Shown: positions 12,046-22,605, numbered from the stretch's first letter. The stretch: 64,000 nucleotides of DNA from Firmicutes bacterium ADurb.Bin193 (GCA_002070105.1 MWCQ01000003.1:143101-207100); one strand, 5' to 3'. The notes: a model not told the origin generated them from the sequence alone. A program made the numbers and translations.

Positions 12046-12513
12046 ATGAAGGAAAAAACAAAGTTTATCTGGCTTTACAGTGTTCTGCTTTTTTCGGCGG
12101 CTGTTTTGCTTATCCTTATATCGTCTTTGTCACAGTCAAGGCTTTCGCCGAGCGAGACGCTTACACAGCAAAGTGAACAGCAGGCTTTTAATCAGACCGT
12201 ACAAAAAAGCATTACGGACCTTATAAAAGAAAACGAAGCCCTTAAAGAAAGTCTTGGCAAAGCCAATGACAGAATCAAGACCCTGGAGGGAGAGGCGCAG
12301 TCCGCCGAGGCCGAAAGCATAAGCGCAAAGCAGACGAGCGAGGCGACCGAGTTTCTTCTTGAGGCAGAGCTTTTATTTAACAAAGGAAGATATGCCGAGA
12401 GCAGGAATACGCTTCAAAATGTTAACGCCCTTATTTTATCGGAGCAAGGCAGGCAGCTTTATGACTGGCTTTCGGACAAACTTATCAAAAAGGGCTATAA
12501 ACTACAAGGGTAA
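12046..12513 (+). CDS. membrane-anchored coiled-coil protein, function unknown
   Basis: 155 aa with one N-terminal TM helix followed by a Glu/Gln/Ala-rich coiled coil. RBS GGAGGA is present. Sits 15 nt upstream of serS. Confidence 0.6.
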   Translation: MKEKTKFIWLYSVLLFSAAVLLILISSLSQSRLSPSETLTQQSEQQAFNQTVQKSITDLIKENEALKESLGKANDRIKTLEGEAQSAEAESISAKQTSEATEFLLEAELLFNKGRYAESRNTLQNVNALILSEQGRQLYDWLSDKLIKKGYKLQG

Positions 12514-12527
12514 AAGGAGACGGGAAA

Positions 12528-13799
12528 ATGTTAGACATTAAATTAATCAGGAGTAATCCGGAGGCGGTTATGAATGCGCTTTCAAGGCGGGGCGGGAAAT
12601 ACAGCCTTGACGAATTTTTGGAGACGGACAAACGGCGGCGTGAGCTTCTGGTAGAGGCGGAAGGCCTTAAGGCACATCAGAACGCCGTGTCAAAAAGCAT
12701 TCCGGCTCTTAAAAAAGAGGGCAAGGATGTTTCTTCGGTTTTTGCCGATATGAAGGAGATTTCCGACAAGGTTAAGGTTATCGACGAAAAGTTGAGAGAA
12801 CTTGATGCGGAGCTCGAAAGAATTTTGCTTTCACTTCCGAACATTCCGAGCGAAAGGGTTAAAACGGGTGCAAGCGACGAGGACAATGAAGAAATAAGAA
12901 AATGGGGCGAGCCTACAAAGTTTTCTTTTGAGCCTAAAACCCATTGGGAACTCGGCGAAAGCCTTGGGATTTTAGATGCCGCAACCGCAGCAAAGGTTAC
13001 GGGAACACGCTTTACATTTTACAGGGGTGACGGCGCTAAATTGGAGAGGGCTGTTATAAATTTCTTTCTTGACACACACACTCAAAACGGTTATACGGAG
13101 GTTTTTCCGCCCTTTATGGTACATAGGAATTCCATGCAGGGCACTGGTCAGCTTCCCAAATTCGAGGAGGACGCGTTTAAGGTTGCCAATACGGATTATT
13201 TTCTTATTCCCACGGCTGAGGTTCCCGTTACAAACATGCACCGCGACGAGATTTTAAGTGACAGCGTACTTCCCATTAAATACTGCGCATATTCAGCTTG
13301 TTTCAGGGCGGAGGCAGGCTCGGCGGGAAGGGACACGCGCGGGATTATCCGTCAGCACCAGTTTAATAAGGTTGAGCTTGTAAAGTTTTGCCGCCCTGAG
13401 GATTCATACAGTGAGCTTGAATCCCTTACGGCGGATGCCGAAAGGGTTTTGCAGCTTTTGAAGCTTCCCTATCGTGTTGTAAGGCTTTGCAGCGGGGACA
13501 TGGGCTTTTCAAGCGCAATGACTTATGATATCGAGGTCTGGATGCCCAGCTACGGAAGGTATGTGGAAATAAGCAGCTGCAGTAACTTTGAGGATTTTCA
13601 GGCAAGACGCGCGGGAATCCGCTTCAGGCGGGAGCAGGGCGCGAAGGCGGAGCTTGTCCACACCTTAAACGGAAGCGGCGTCGCCGTGGGGCGCACGGTC
13701 GCCTGTATTATGGAAAACTTCCAAAACGAGGACGGGACAATTACAATACCCGATGTTTTGGTGCCATATATGAATAAAAAAATAATAGGGGGGAAGTAA
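12528..13799 (+). CDS. serS: seryl-tRNA synthetase
   Basis: 423 aa. [12 protein letters not shown] start, an N-terminal coiled-coil arm, and class II motifs ([33 protein letters not shown]). Confidence 0.97.
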   Translation: MLDIKLIRSNPEAVMNALSRRGGKYSLDEFLETDKRRRELLVEAEGLKAHQNAVSKSIPALKKEGKDVSSVFADMKEISDKVKVIDEKLRELDAELERILLSLPNIPSERVKTGASDEDNEEIRKWGEPTKFSFEPKTHWELGESLGILDAATAAKVTGTRFTFYRGDGAKLERAVINFFLDTHTQNGYTEVFPPFMVHRNSMQGTGQLPKFEEDAFKVANTDYFLIPTAEVPVTNMHRDEILSDSVLPIKYCAYSACFRAEAGSAGRDTRGIIRQHQFNKVELVKFCRPEDSYSELESLTADAERVLQLLKLPYRVVRLCSGDMGFSSAMTYDIEVWMPSYGRYVEISSCSNFEDFQARRAGIRFRREQGAKAELVHTLNGSGVAVGRTVACIMENFQNEDGTITIPDVLVPYMNKKIIGGK

Positions 13800-13865
13800 T
13801 CCCCCTTTAATTAAAAATTGTATTAAACCTATCCGTTAACCTTGTGTTAGCGGATAGTACTTCTA

Positions 13866-14705
13866 TCATATAAGCGGTACAACAAAAACCGCCTCATTAT
13901 TACGCTTTATCTTGTCCGCACAGAGATGTGCGGACTTTTCATCTTCAAACAGTCCGAAAACGGCAGAGCCGCTTCCGCTCATTACCGCGCCCTTCGCCCC
14001 GTTTTTCAAAAGGTCCTTTTTTATCTCCTCTATGCGCGGATACTTTTTTGCCGTAACGCTTTCAAGAACATTTATCATATTTGCGCCAAGCTCGTTAAGG
14101 TCACCATTTCGGATTGCAGAAACCGCACGGTCTATATCGGGCCTGATTTTTACTTCGCTTTGTATAAAGTTTTGATACCCCCATTTGGTGCTTACGAAAA
14201 AGGAGGGTTTTACGATTACCGCAAAGCCTTTAAGCGCCGGAACAATAGGGGTTAAAACCTCTCCCAGCCCTTTTGCCACGCAGGTTCCGCCCGTGAAGAA
14301 AAACGGCACATCGGCGCCGAGGGTTACGCCGATTTTTTCAAGCCTCTCTTTTGAAAGCTCCGCCCCATAAAGACCATTAAGACCATTTAAAACCGCCGCC
14401 GCATCGGCGCTTCCTCCCGCAAGACCTGCCCCGACGGGTATGTTTTTATGTATTACAATTTTTGCGCCGCCCTTTATAGCGGTTGCCGTAAAAAACGCCT
14501 GCGCCGCACGGTATGCAATATTTCGCTCATCGTTCGGAACAAAGGGGGAATCCGTATAAACCTCAATTTTTTCCGCCTTTGTTATTTCTATTTCATCATA
14601 TAAGGCTATCGTCTGCATTATCATTTCCAGACTGTGATAGCCGTCGGGCCTTTTCCCGACTATGTCAAGAGCGGGATTAATCTTTGCGGGCGCTTTTATT
14701 ATCAA
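13866..14705 (-). CDS. ispE: 4-diphosphocytidyl-2-C-methyl-D-erythritol kinase
   Basis: 279 aa. APAKINPALDIVGKRPDGYH start and a GHMP kinase motif (PVGAGLAGGSADAAA). Confidence 0.93.
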   Translation of the reverse strand: MIIKAPAKINPALDIVGKRPDGYHSLEMIMQTIALYDEIEITKAEKIEVYTDSPFVPNDERNIAYRAAQAFFTATAIKGGAKIVIHKNIPVGAGLAGGSADAAAVLNGLNGLYGAELSKERLEKIGVTLGADVPFFFTGGTCVAKGLGEVLTPIVPALKGFAVIVKPSFFVSTKWGYQNFIQSEVKIRPDIDRAVSAIRNGDLNELGANMINVLESVTAKKYPRIEEIKKDLLKNGAKGAVMSGSGSAVFGLFEDEKSAHLCADKIKRNNEAVFVVPLI

Positions 14706-14729
14706 TATTTACACCTCTTAGTTTTTTAG

Positions 14730-15881
14730 TTAAATCATAAAATCCTGCGGTCTTTTGCCCATTCCGAAATGGTATAAAATGGCTTCAACCGTTCTTCTCG
14801 ATGCCTCGCCGTCGCCGTAAGGGTTTACAGCATGCGCCATTTTTGCGTATTCTTCGGAGTTTGTCAAAAGGGTGTGTGCCATATTATATATGTTGTCCTC
14901 GTCAACCCCCGCGATTTTTACAGTGCCCGCCCGAACAGCCTCCGGTCTTTCGGTTTCGTTGCGCATAACCAGTACAGGCTTGCCTAGCGAGGGGGCCTCC
15001 TCCTGAAGCCCGCCGGAATCCGTCATAACTATAAAACAGCGGTCTATCGCATTGTGCAAATCACGAACGCCGACAGGGTCAATAAGGCGTATCCCCGCCG
15101 TGTTGCCAAGTATTTCATAGGCAGTCTCCCTAACGGCAGGGTTGGGGTGAATGGGATAGACAATCTCCACATCCTCAAAATCAGCAGCAATTCGCTTTAA
15201 TGCCCTGCATATATTTTTAAGCGGCTCTCCGAGGTTCTCGCGCCTGTGCGCCGTTACGATTATAACCCTTTTTCCGCTTTTATAAGCGTCTGCCATGCTG
15301 TCGCAGAGATTATAGTCCTTTTGTACCGTGGTTTTTAGAGCATCAATAACCGTGTTTCCGGTTATAAAAATATTGTCTGGGGGAACATTCTCGTTTAAGA
15401 GATTTTTTCTGTTGTTTTCGGTCGGAGCAAAGTGAAGGTCGGCAAGCTGGCCGGTAAGTCGCCTGTTTATTTCTTCGGGATAGGGCGAATACTTATCGAA
15501 TGTGCGCAGTCCCGCCTCGACATGCCCCACCTCAATCTTATTATAAAATGCCGCAAGCGCGCCGACAAAGGTTGTGGTCGTATCGCCGTGAACAAGCACA
15601 ATATCCGGCTTCGCCTTGCTTAAAACCCTGTCAAGCCCTTCAAGCGCGCGGGTTGTTATCCCATTAAGGGTCTGCCTTGCCTTCATAATATCAAGGTCAA
15701 AATCAGGCGTAATGTTAAAAATGTCAAGAACCTGATCAAGCATTTCCCTGTGCTGCGCCGTTACACAGACCATGTCGTCTATTTCAGGGTGTTTTTTTAG
15801 CTCCAAAGCAAGCGGCGCCATTTTTATAGCCTCCGGTCTTGTACCGAAAACCGTCATAACCTTAATTCTTTTCATCGTCAA
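14730..15881 (-). CDS. wecB: UDP-N-acetylglucosamine 2-epimerase (non-hydrolysing)
   Basis: 383 aa. Contains VFGTRPEAIKMAPL, HGDTTTTF, HVEAGLRT and TDSGGLQEEAPSLGKPVLV. Confidence 0.93.
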   Translation of the reverse strand: MTMKRIKVMTVFGTRPEAIKMAPLALELKKHPEIDDMVCVTAQHREMLDQVLDIFNITPDFDLDIMKARQTLNGITTRALEGLDRVLSKAKPDIVLVHGDTTTTFVGALAAFYNKIEVGHVEAGLRTFDKYSPYPEEINRRLTGQLADLHFAPTENNRKNLLNENVPPDNIFITGNTVIDALKTTVQKDYNLCDSMADAYKSGKRVIIVTAHRRENLGEPLKNICRALKRIAADFEDVEIVYPIHPNPAVRETAYEILGNTAGIRLIDPVGVRDLHNAIDRCFIVMTDSGGLQEEAPSLGKPVLVMRNETERPEAVRAGTVKIAGVDEDNIYNMAHTLLTNSEEYAKMAHAVNPYGDGEASRRTVEAILYHFGMGKRPQDFMI

Positions 15882-16030
15882 TCTCTCCTCCGCCGCTATG
15901 CACCGGCATAGGGCTTTATAACGCCAACGGACTGATAATTTTTCTGTTTCAGAAATATTTTCTCGTCATAACGCGTTTCAACTCGGCGGGCATATACCCG
16001 CCGAGTTATATATTGTGTGCTCTGTTATAT

Positions 16031-17086
16031 CTATTCGGTATCCTTACCGACTTCTTCATTTTTTTTGTTCAAAAGCCCAACGCCTGCCCAGACAAGCAGA
16101 ACAACCGAAAAAATCAGTATAATCGCCCTTGTTGCGCCGCTTACCATAAGAACGACGGCGCTCATTGACAAAAGTCCGCTTGCTATGCAGAGAATTGTTA
16201 CCGCCTGCCTCTGGTCAAAGCCCATATCTATAAGCCGGTGATGAAGATGCCCTCTGTCCGCGGACATGGGTGACTGCTTTTTCAAAAGCCTTCTTACAAT
16301 GGCAAAAAGCGTGTCAAAAATCGGTATTCCGAGTATTAAAAACGGTACTGCAAAGGATATAACCGCATAGCCCTTGAAAAGGCCCATTATACTGACGCAC
16401 GCAAGTATATATCCCAAAAAGGTTGCACCGGTATCGCCCATTATAATCTTCGCAGGGTGAAGGTTGTAGGGCAAAAAGCCGAACGCCGCGCCCGCAACCG
16501 CCGCAGTCACAATCGAAATGTTTGTTTCTCTTGTCATAAGCGATATGGCAAAAAGGGATATACAGGATATTGACGAAACGCCGGCGGCAAGCCCGTCAAG
16601 CCCGTCTATAAGATTTACCGCATTGGTAACGATAACTATCCATAAAATCGTTGCGGGAACAGACCAAATTCCGAGCGCAATATACGGTTTTTCGCTTAGC
16701 ATATGCGGATTCGTGAAATAGGTGATTTCAATGCCGTGCAATACCGCAACCGTCGCCGCAAAAATCTGGACGATTAGCTTCGGAAACGCCTTAACGCCCA
16801 CAACATCGTCCAAAATGCCGAGCGCTACTATTATTACGCTTCCCAAAAGCATACCCCTTATGCTTCGGTTAATGTCGCAAAAGCACAGGATAGCAACAAT
16901 AAAGCCGTAAAATATGGCAAGTCCGCCTATGCGGGGCAAGGGAGTTTTGTGCATTCTTCGGTCGTCCTTCGGTATGTCCATTGCGCCTATTCGAGGTGCA
17001 AGGCTTTTTACAATCGGTGTTGAGGCGAAGGATACCAAAAACGCAACCAGAATTGTGAATAAAAGCCTGAGTAAATCATATTCCAT
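16031..17086 (-). CDS. tagO: GT4 (MraY/WecA family) undecaprenyl-phosphate GlcNAc-1-phosphate transferase
   Basis: 351 aa polytopic protein. Contains DIPKDDRRMHKTPLPRIGG, NAVNLIDGLDGLAAG and MGDTGATFLG. Confidence 0.8.
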   Translation of the reverse strand: MEYDLLRLLFTILVAFLVSFASTPIVKSLAPRIGAMDIPKDDRRMHKTPLPRIGGLAIFYGFIVAILCFCDINRSIRGMLLGSVIIVALGILDDVVGVKAFPKLIVQIFAATVAVLHGIEITYFTNPHMLSEKPYIALGIWSVPATILWIVIVTNAVNLIDGLDGLAAGVSSISCISLFAISLMTRETNISIVTAAVAGAAFGFLPYNLHPAKIIMGDTGATFLGYILACVSIMGLFKGYAVISFAVPFLILGIPIFDTLFAIVRRLLKKQSPMSADRGHLHHRLIDMGFDQRQAVTILCIASGLLSMSAVVLMVSGATRAIILIFSVVLLVWAGVGLLNKKNEEVGKDTE

Positions 17087-17117
17087 TCCCTAAAGCACTT
17101 CCCTTTTTATAATGATT

Positions 17118-18113
17118 TTATCTTTCGATAAAGCCGATTTTTTTGTAAACCTTACGCAAGGTTTTTGCCGCAAGATATTCGGCCCTTTTTGCGCCCTCTT
17201 TGTAAGTTTTTTCAACATAATCCTTGTTTTTCGAAAGCTCGTCAAACCGCTGTCTGACCGGACGCAGACAGTCAGCCACGGCTTCGCCGACCGCCGCTTT
17301 AAACTCACCGTAGCCACGGCCCGAAAACTCTTTTTCGACCTCGGGAATAGTCTTGTCCGTCACCGCGCCGTATATGGTAAGAAGATTGTTGATTCCGTCT
17401 TTGCCCTCTCTGAAAACGATTTCACCCTCACTGTCGGTCACAGCCCTTTTAATTTTTCGAATTATCGTGTCGGTGTCGTCAAGCATTGCGATATAGCTGT
17501 TGGGATTTTCATCCGACTTACTCATCTTTTTGGTAGGATCCTGAAGGCTCATAACCCTTGCGCCGACCTCTCCGATATAGGGTTCGGGAACGGTAAACAC
17601 ATCGCCGTAAATGCCGTTAAAACGAATGGCAATGTCGCGGGCAAGCTCCAGATGCTGTTTCTGATCGCTTCCCACCGGAACCAAATCGGTTTGATATAAA
17701 AGAATATCGGCCGCCATAAGTATGGGATAGGTGAAAAGCCCGCTGTTGATATTATCGGCATGCCGCGTGCTTTTATCCTTAAACTGAGTCATCCTCGAAA
17801 GCTCACCCATATATGTGTAGCAACCTAAAACCCATGCAAGCTCTGCGTGCTGGGGAACATGGCTTTGGAAAAACAAAATGTTTTTTTCGGGGTCTATTCC
17901 GCTTGCGATATAAAGCTTTAATATTTCAAGCGCACGCCTTTTAAGCTCGGCAGGGACTTGCCGAACCGTTATCGAATGAAGGTCAACCACGCTGAAAAGA
18001 CAGTTATAATCATACTGAAGCTTTGCCCAGTTTCGCAGCGCCCCTATATAATTCCCCAATGTTAAAAACCCGCTTGACTGAACACCGCTGAAAATCGTTT
18101 TTTTATCTTCCAT
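17118..18113 (-). CDS. trpS: tryptophanyl-tRNA synthetase
   Basis: 331 aa. Contains FSGVQSSGFLTLGNYIGA (HIGH-like region), a KMSKS motif, and GSDQKQHLELARD. Confidence 0.96.
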   Translation of the reverse strand: MEDKKTIFSGVQSSGFLTLGNYIGALRNWAKLQYDYNCLFSVVDLHSITVRQVPAELKRRALEILKLYIASGIDPEKNILFFQSHVPQHAELAWVLGCYTYMGELSRMTQFKDKSTRHADNINSGLFTYPILMAADILLYQTDLVPVGSDQKQHLELARDIAIRFNGIYGDVFTVPEPYIGEVGARVMSLQDPTKKMSKSDENPNSYIAMLDDTDTIIRKIKRAVTDSEGEIVFREGKDGINNLLTIYGAVTDKTIPEVEKEFSGRGYGEFKAAVGEAVADCLRPVRQRFDELSKNKDYVEKTYKEGAKRAEYLAAKTLRKVYKKIGFIER

Positions 18114-19293
18114 AGCCTTTTATAATCTCTCCTAACGCTTTAATTCCGGTTTCTATCTCCGCCTCCGATGCCATCGAAAAATTGAGGCGGAAAGCGCTTG
18201 TCTTTTGGGTCGGGTCGGGCATTGCCGAAGCACCCGGCACAATCGCAACATTCTTATCAAGGCAGGCGGCCGCAAAAGCGCTGCTGTCCGCATCGCCGCC
18301 AAGGTCACACCACAAAAACAGACCGCCTTCGGGGTGCGTCCTCGACACGCTGTCGGGGAAATACCTGTCCATACATTCGTGCATAAAGGCGCATTTTTTT
18401 CCGTTTATTGCCGCGCTTGCCTTAATGCGCTCGTCTATATCGTATTTTGAAAGGAATTCGTCTATCATCATCTGGGGAAGAACCGATGTGTGAACATCCG
18501 AAACCTGCTTGCACACAACCGCCTTTTCAACAAGGTCTTCATTGCCCAAAAGAAAGCCGACACGAAGCCCCGGCGACACCGTCTTTGAGTAGGAACCCAC
18601 ATATAAAACCCTGTTGTCCTCGTCCATGGATTTTATTGAAGGCACATTTTCACCCGCAAAGCGAAGCTCCCAATACGGGCTGTCCTCAAGTATAAACACA
18701 TCATGCTTTTTAGCAACCGCCAAAAGCCTTTTCCGCTTATCAAGCGACATCGTAATACCCGAAGGATTCTGAAATGTGGGGATTGTATATATAAATTTAA
18801 TGTTTTTGTTTTGTGAAAGGGTTTTATCCAAAGCCTCTATATCCATTCCGTCCTCCTCCACGGTAACGGAATAAAGCCTTGCGCCGTAAGAACGAAAAGC
18901 ATTTAATGCGCCTATAAAGCTTGGATTTTCACAGGCAACGCCGTCGCCCTCGTTTATCAGGGATTTTGTAACAAGCTCAATCGCCTGCTGTCCGCCGCTT
19001 GTAATAATAAGAGAGTCTTTATCGTTGCCTATACCCGCATTTTTAAGGCGCGCCCTCGTTTTTTCCAAAAGCGGAGCATACCCCTCGGTTATGCCGTACT
19101 GAAGCGCGGTTACGCCCTTTTCGGCCAGTATCCTTGCGGCAATCTCCGAAAGCTCTCGGTTTGGGTATGTTTTAGGGTCGGGCATTCCGCCCGCCAATGA
19201 TATCATGCCCGGACGGGAAAGCGCTTTAAACGCCGCCCTTATGGCAGACCCGTGGAGGTCCGAAACTCTGTTGGCAAACTCGAAATTTATCAT
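18103..19293 (-). CDS. PLP-dependent aminotransferase (class I/II, AspC/LysN-like)
   Basis: 396 aa with YVGSYSKTVSPGLRVGF (PLP-lysine motif SYSK) and QNPSG. Overlaps the trpS start by 11 nt. Confidence 0.8.
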   Translation of the reverse strand: MINFEFANRVSDLHGSAIRAAFKALSRPGMISLAGGMPDPKTYPNRELSEIAARILAEKGVTALQYGITEGYAPLLEKTRARLKNAGIGNDKDSLIITSGGQQAIELVTKSLINEGDGVACENPSFIGALNAFRSYGARLYSVTVEEDGMDIEALDKTLSQNKNIKFIYTIPTFQNPSGITMSLDKRKRLLAVAKKHDVFILEDSPYWELRFAGENVPSIKSMDEDNRVLYVGSYSKTVSPGLRVGFLLGNEDLVEKAVVCKQVSDVHTSVLPQMMIDEFLSKYDIDERIKASAAINGKKCAFMHECMDRYFPDSVSRTHPEGGLFLWCDLGGDADSSAFAAACLDKNVAIVPGASAMPDPTQKTSAFRLNFSMASEAEIETGIKALGEIIKGYGR

Positions 19294-19445
19294 ATAATAT
19301 GTTCCCTCCGCCGTTTAGTCAAAATTTTCACTCCCTACATAACATCACCATAATACCACACGAAAGCGTTATTTACAAGATTTTTTCTTGAAAAGTTATT
19401 TGCGTAATTAACGCCGGACAAATTAAAAACTCTACCAAACAAAAA

Positions 19446-19478
19446 AATCCGCAATTCACATAATGAAAATTGCGGATT
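19446..19478 (-). terminator. rho-independent terminator
   Basis: Stem AATCCGCAATT/AATTGCGGATT (11 bp). An A7 run at 19441-19447 gives a T-run on the minus strand. Lies downstream of cca and the small ORF. Confidence 0.7.
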
Positions 19479-19521
19479 CACGAATATTTTTTATGTTTAC
19501 AAAAGACCGTACGGTCAGGTT

Positions 19522-19677
19522 CTATTTTTGGTTGACAATACGGCAAAAGCACAAAAGGTCATTATATAGCTTTTCTATGTATTTCATAATTTCCTTATCC
19601 TCGCGTGGCCTATTGACATCCGTCTCCAACACCGATTCTATAATTGTTGAAGCGTTTATCAGCTTTTGGTATTCCAT
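19522..19677 (-). CDS. small hypothetical protein (51 aa), below the ORF-track cutoff
   Basis: My translation is MEYQKLINASTIIESVLETDVNRPREDKEIMKYIEKLYNDLLCFCRIVNQK. RBS AAGGAGTG lies 6 nt upstream. The ORF sits between the cca stop and the terminator. Confidence 0.4.
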   Translation of the reverse strand: MEYQKLINASTIIESVLETDVNRPREDKEIMKYIEKLYNDLLCFCRIVNQK

Positions 19678-19741
19678 AATATCACTCCTTCAAGCAACAT
19701 TATAGAATAATTGCCATTATTTTACAACAAAAACCGTTCGA

Positions 19742-21076
19742 CTAATTTTTGCATTTTTCGTATTTTGACGCTATTTCCATAAGAATTTCCTTTTTATTAA
19801 GCTCCGGATTCTTAATGACTTTGGAAAGCAACATACGGAGGGTTCTTCCTATTTCGCTGCTTCTTAAACCTATCGCCTTCATATCATTACCGTTAACGGC
19901 AAGGTCTTTAAGCCTTACAGGCTCATTTTTTCGCAATACCTCGCAATAGATATCCCAAAGCCTGTCAAGCTCTTCGATCCGTTGCTGAGCATACTTGGGA
20001 TTTTGCGCAATAATGTCGCCCCTTTGTAATGTCAAAAGGTCTTTAAAATCAACATCTTTAAGGCTTGATATAACCCTTTTTACCGCCGTTTCGGTAGGCT
20101 TAATCTTAATGCGGTGCATTCTGATAAGTCCCGTTACGGCATTTATTAATTTCCTCGGCATCTTAAGTCGGATAAGAATCTCTCGTGCCAATTCAGCAGA
20201 AACAATATCATGTTTCGGAAAGGTATGTATTCCGTGTATGTCCGTCCGCTTTGTGTCGGGCTTTCCGACATCGTGCAAAAGCGCGGCATAACGCAGTATC
20301 GGCGTTTTTGGGACATTGTAAACCGTCTCAATAGTGTGCAAGCCCACATCAAAAATATGATTAGGGGTATTTTGCCACACCGAAAAGCACCTTGAAACCT
20401 CGGGAAGAATTATTTCCCCCACGCCTGTTTCGAAAAGCATTTCAATTCTGTTGTCCGCCATAATAAGCTTTGTAAGCTCGCCCGCTATACGCTCATAGCT
20501 TATGTTGCGCAAAAGCTCTTTGTTGTTACAAATCGCTATATATGTCTTGTCCTCTATCCCGAAGTTAAGCGTTGCCGCAAAGCGAAGCGCACGGAGTATG
20601 CGAAGGGCATCCTCGCCAAAGCGCTCGTTTGCATCCCCGATGCAGCGCAAAACCCTTTTTTCAAGGTCATTTATACCATGACACAAATCAATAAAGCCGA
20701 ACCTGTGATTGTATGCAAGGGCATTTATCGTAAAATCGCGCCGGATAAGGTCGTCATACAGATTCGTGGTGAAGCTGACCGTTTCCGGCCGCCTGTAATC
20801 CTTATAATCTCCTTCCGTGCGATAGGTTGTTATCTCTATCGGCAAGCTTTTTATAAACACCGTCACCGTACCGTGTTTTATCCCCGAATCAAAATGCTTT
20901 TTGAAAATTGTTTTAACCCGATCGGGAAGAGCGTCTGTTGCGACATCCCAATCAAGGGGTTCGGCTCCCATAAGAGTATCCCTTACCGCACCGCCCACGA
21001 CAAACGCATCATATCCGTTGGCTTCAAGCATCCGCATTGCCTCTTCGACATGCTCAGGCAGTTCCATCTTTTGCAT
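19742..21076 (-). CDS. cca: CCA-adding tRNA nucleotidyltransferase with HD domain
   Basis: 444 aa. Pol-beta head motif (FVVGGAVRDTLMG..DWDVAT), then RFAATLNF, and an HD motif (LHDVGKP). Confidence 0.9.
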   Translation of the reverse strand: MQKMELPEHVEEAMRMLEANGYDAFVVGGAVRDTLMGAEPLDWDVATDALPDRVKTIFKKHFDSGIKHGTVTVFIKSLPIEITTYRTEGDYKDYRRPETVSFTTNLYDDLIRRDFTINALAYNHRFGFIDLCHGINDLEKRVLRCIGDANERFGEDALRILRALRFAATLNFGIEDKTYIAICNNKELLRNISYERIAGELTKLIMADNRIEMLFETGVGEIILPEVSRCFSVWQNTPNHIFDVGLHTIETVYNVPKTPILRYAALLHDVGKPDTKRTDIHGIHTFPKHDIVSAELAREILIRLKMPRKLINAVTGLIRMHRIKIKPTETAVKRVISSLKDVDFKDLLTLQRGDIIAQNPKYAQQRIEELDRLWDIYCEVLRKNEPVRLKDLAVNGNDMKAIGLRSSEIGRTLRMLLSKVIKNPELNKKEILMEIASKYEKCKN

Positions 21077-22199
21077 AATTGATTACAAATTCTCCTAACT
21101 TCTGGGCGGCGTGAGGCTTACCCATATACTTTACAACCTCACGGGACAGATTATACCGCCAGTTATTCATTAGCATCTGATAAAGACACACATCAACAGG
21201 ACAGGTTCTTGTCATTTTCATTGCGATTCCGTTGTTCAAAAGAAATTCTGTATTGCGCTCCTCCTGACCGGGAATAGGGTTTACCAGAATCATCGGAAGG
21301 CATTTTGCGAGCGCCTCCGAAACGGTAAGTCCGCCGGGCTTTGTAACCAGAATGTCAGCCGCGTCCATCATTATATCCACATTGTCCACATAGCCGTGGT
21401 TATATATTTTTCGGTTTGTGACAATTTTATCTATACTCCTTTTCGCACGGGCGTTTGTACCGCAAACACATATAATCTGAAAATCGACATTAAGCTTATC
21501 CATCCGCTTAATGTGCTTTGCAATGTTTCCGTAGCCCATGCTTCCGCCCATGACCAAAATAGTAGTCTTATCCTCTATTCCAAGCCTCGCTCTTGCCTCG
21601 CTTTTCGAAATCTTTTCGGCAAACTTTTTGTGAATCGGAATTCCGATAGGCAATATTTTGTCGGGCGAAATTCCCTTTTTCTCCGCCTGAAGGGTCAAAA
21701 GCTCCGACGCGGTGACATAAAAGTCAAGCTCCGTTTCCTCCCAGTAGGGATGTATCGTAAAATCTGTCACTATCCCTATTTTTAGCCCGTTATACTGCTT
21801 TATTCCGGTTATTACCTGGGCAGCGAAAACATGGGTCGAAATTACGACATCGGGCTTGTAATCCTCAAGATACTTTATAAGCTTGCGCCCCATCAGCGCA
21901 GAGGCAAGTCGGGACATAAACTTTTCCCTGTTCTTTTCGTTTTTTTCCGCAAGTGCGTAAAACCCTCCGTAGGCAAGGGGAATATGCTTCGTGGACACTA
22001 AATATCCCCTCGACACAATCTCCTTAAACGCAGGGTCAACATACTCTATTACATCAAGAATCCGGCACTCGACATTCCTGTCCGAAAAATAATCGGATAT
22101 TGCCATAGCCGTCTGATGATGGCCCTGCCCCGCAGTAACGGTTAAGACCAGAACCTTTAACTCCGACAAATCGGACTCCTCCTTTTGCATGTTTTCCAT
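21054..22199 (-). CDS. MGDG-synthase-like GT28 diacylglycerol glycosyltransferase
   Basis: 381 aa. Contains VLTVTAGQGHHQTAMAI and a C-terminal GT-B motif (KPGGLTVSEALAKCLPMI). Confidence 0.75.
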   Translation of the reverse strand: MENMQKEESDLSELKVLVLTVTAGQGHHQTAMAISDYFSDRNVECRILDVIEYVDPAFKEIVSRGYLVSTKHIPLAYGGFYALAEKNEKNREKFMSRLASALMGRKLIKYLEDYKPDVVISTHVFAAQVITGIKQYNGLKIGIVTDFTIHPYWEETELDFYVTASELLTLQAEKKGISPDKILPIGIPIHKKFAEKISKSEARARLGIEDKTTILVMGGSMGYGNIAKHIKRMDKLNVDFQIICVCGTNARAKRSIDKIVTNRKIYNHGYVDNVDIMMDAADILVTKPGGLTVSEALAKCLPMILVNPIPGQEERNTEFLLNNGIAMKMTRTCPVDVCLYQMLMNNWRYNLSREVVKYMGKPHAAQKLGEFVINYAKDGTA

Positions 22200-22370
22200 G
22201 CAGCTCTAAAGACGCGCAACTCGCATGTGCATCTAATTATATTTGTTGTTTCCGTTTTATATGGATATTTTACTACAAAACAAAAAATTTAGCAACAGTG
22301 TAACCAAAAAATGTCAAGATTCATAATATATTACTGAAGGACCCAAACATTTAAAAAGGAGTTGAAACAT

Positions 22371-22490
22371 ATGGCATTATTCGGCGGATGTAACTGCTTC
22401 GATGGTGATGACACAATTTTATGGTTTATCATTCTTTTCTTGCTGATATTCTGCAACAATTTCGGCGATGTCCGAGGATCAAACTGCTAA
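22371..22490 (+). CDS. 39-aa Cys-rich hydrophobic peptide
   Basis: My translation is MALFGGCNCFDGDDTILWFIILFLLIFCNNFGDVRGSNC. RBS AAAGGAG lies 8 nt upstream and a terminator follows about 50 nt later. It resembles the small Cys/Gly-rich sporulation peptides (YjcZ-like) of Firmicutes; this comparison is from memory only. Confidence 0.5.
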   Translation: MALFGGCNCFDGDDTILWFIILFLLIFCNNFGDVRGSNC

Positions 22491-22540
22491 GTGAAGCGGC
22501 TTTTATTACAAAGTCAAAAAGTATACAAAACTGCTTCTTG

Positions 22541-22575
22541 AAACAAACGCCCCTTTTTGAGGCGTTTGTTTCTTA
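22541..22575 (+). terminator. terminator of the small peptide gene
   Basis: Stem AAACAAACGCC/GGCGTTTGTTT (11 bp) with a T-rich tail. Confidence 0.6.
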
Positions 22576-22605
22576 ATTCAAAAACATATATTAATTGGAA
22601 AGTGT

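Noticed and set aside
11891-12527. Possible T-box leaders upstream of serS, and upstream of the aminotransferase-trpS operon (19294-19445)
   Set aside because: The spacers are too short (15 nt before serS, about 150 nt elsewhere). They lack the T-box sequence, a specifier hairpin and a terminator/antiterminator pair. Ordinary promoters are visible instead.
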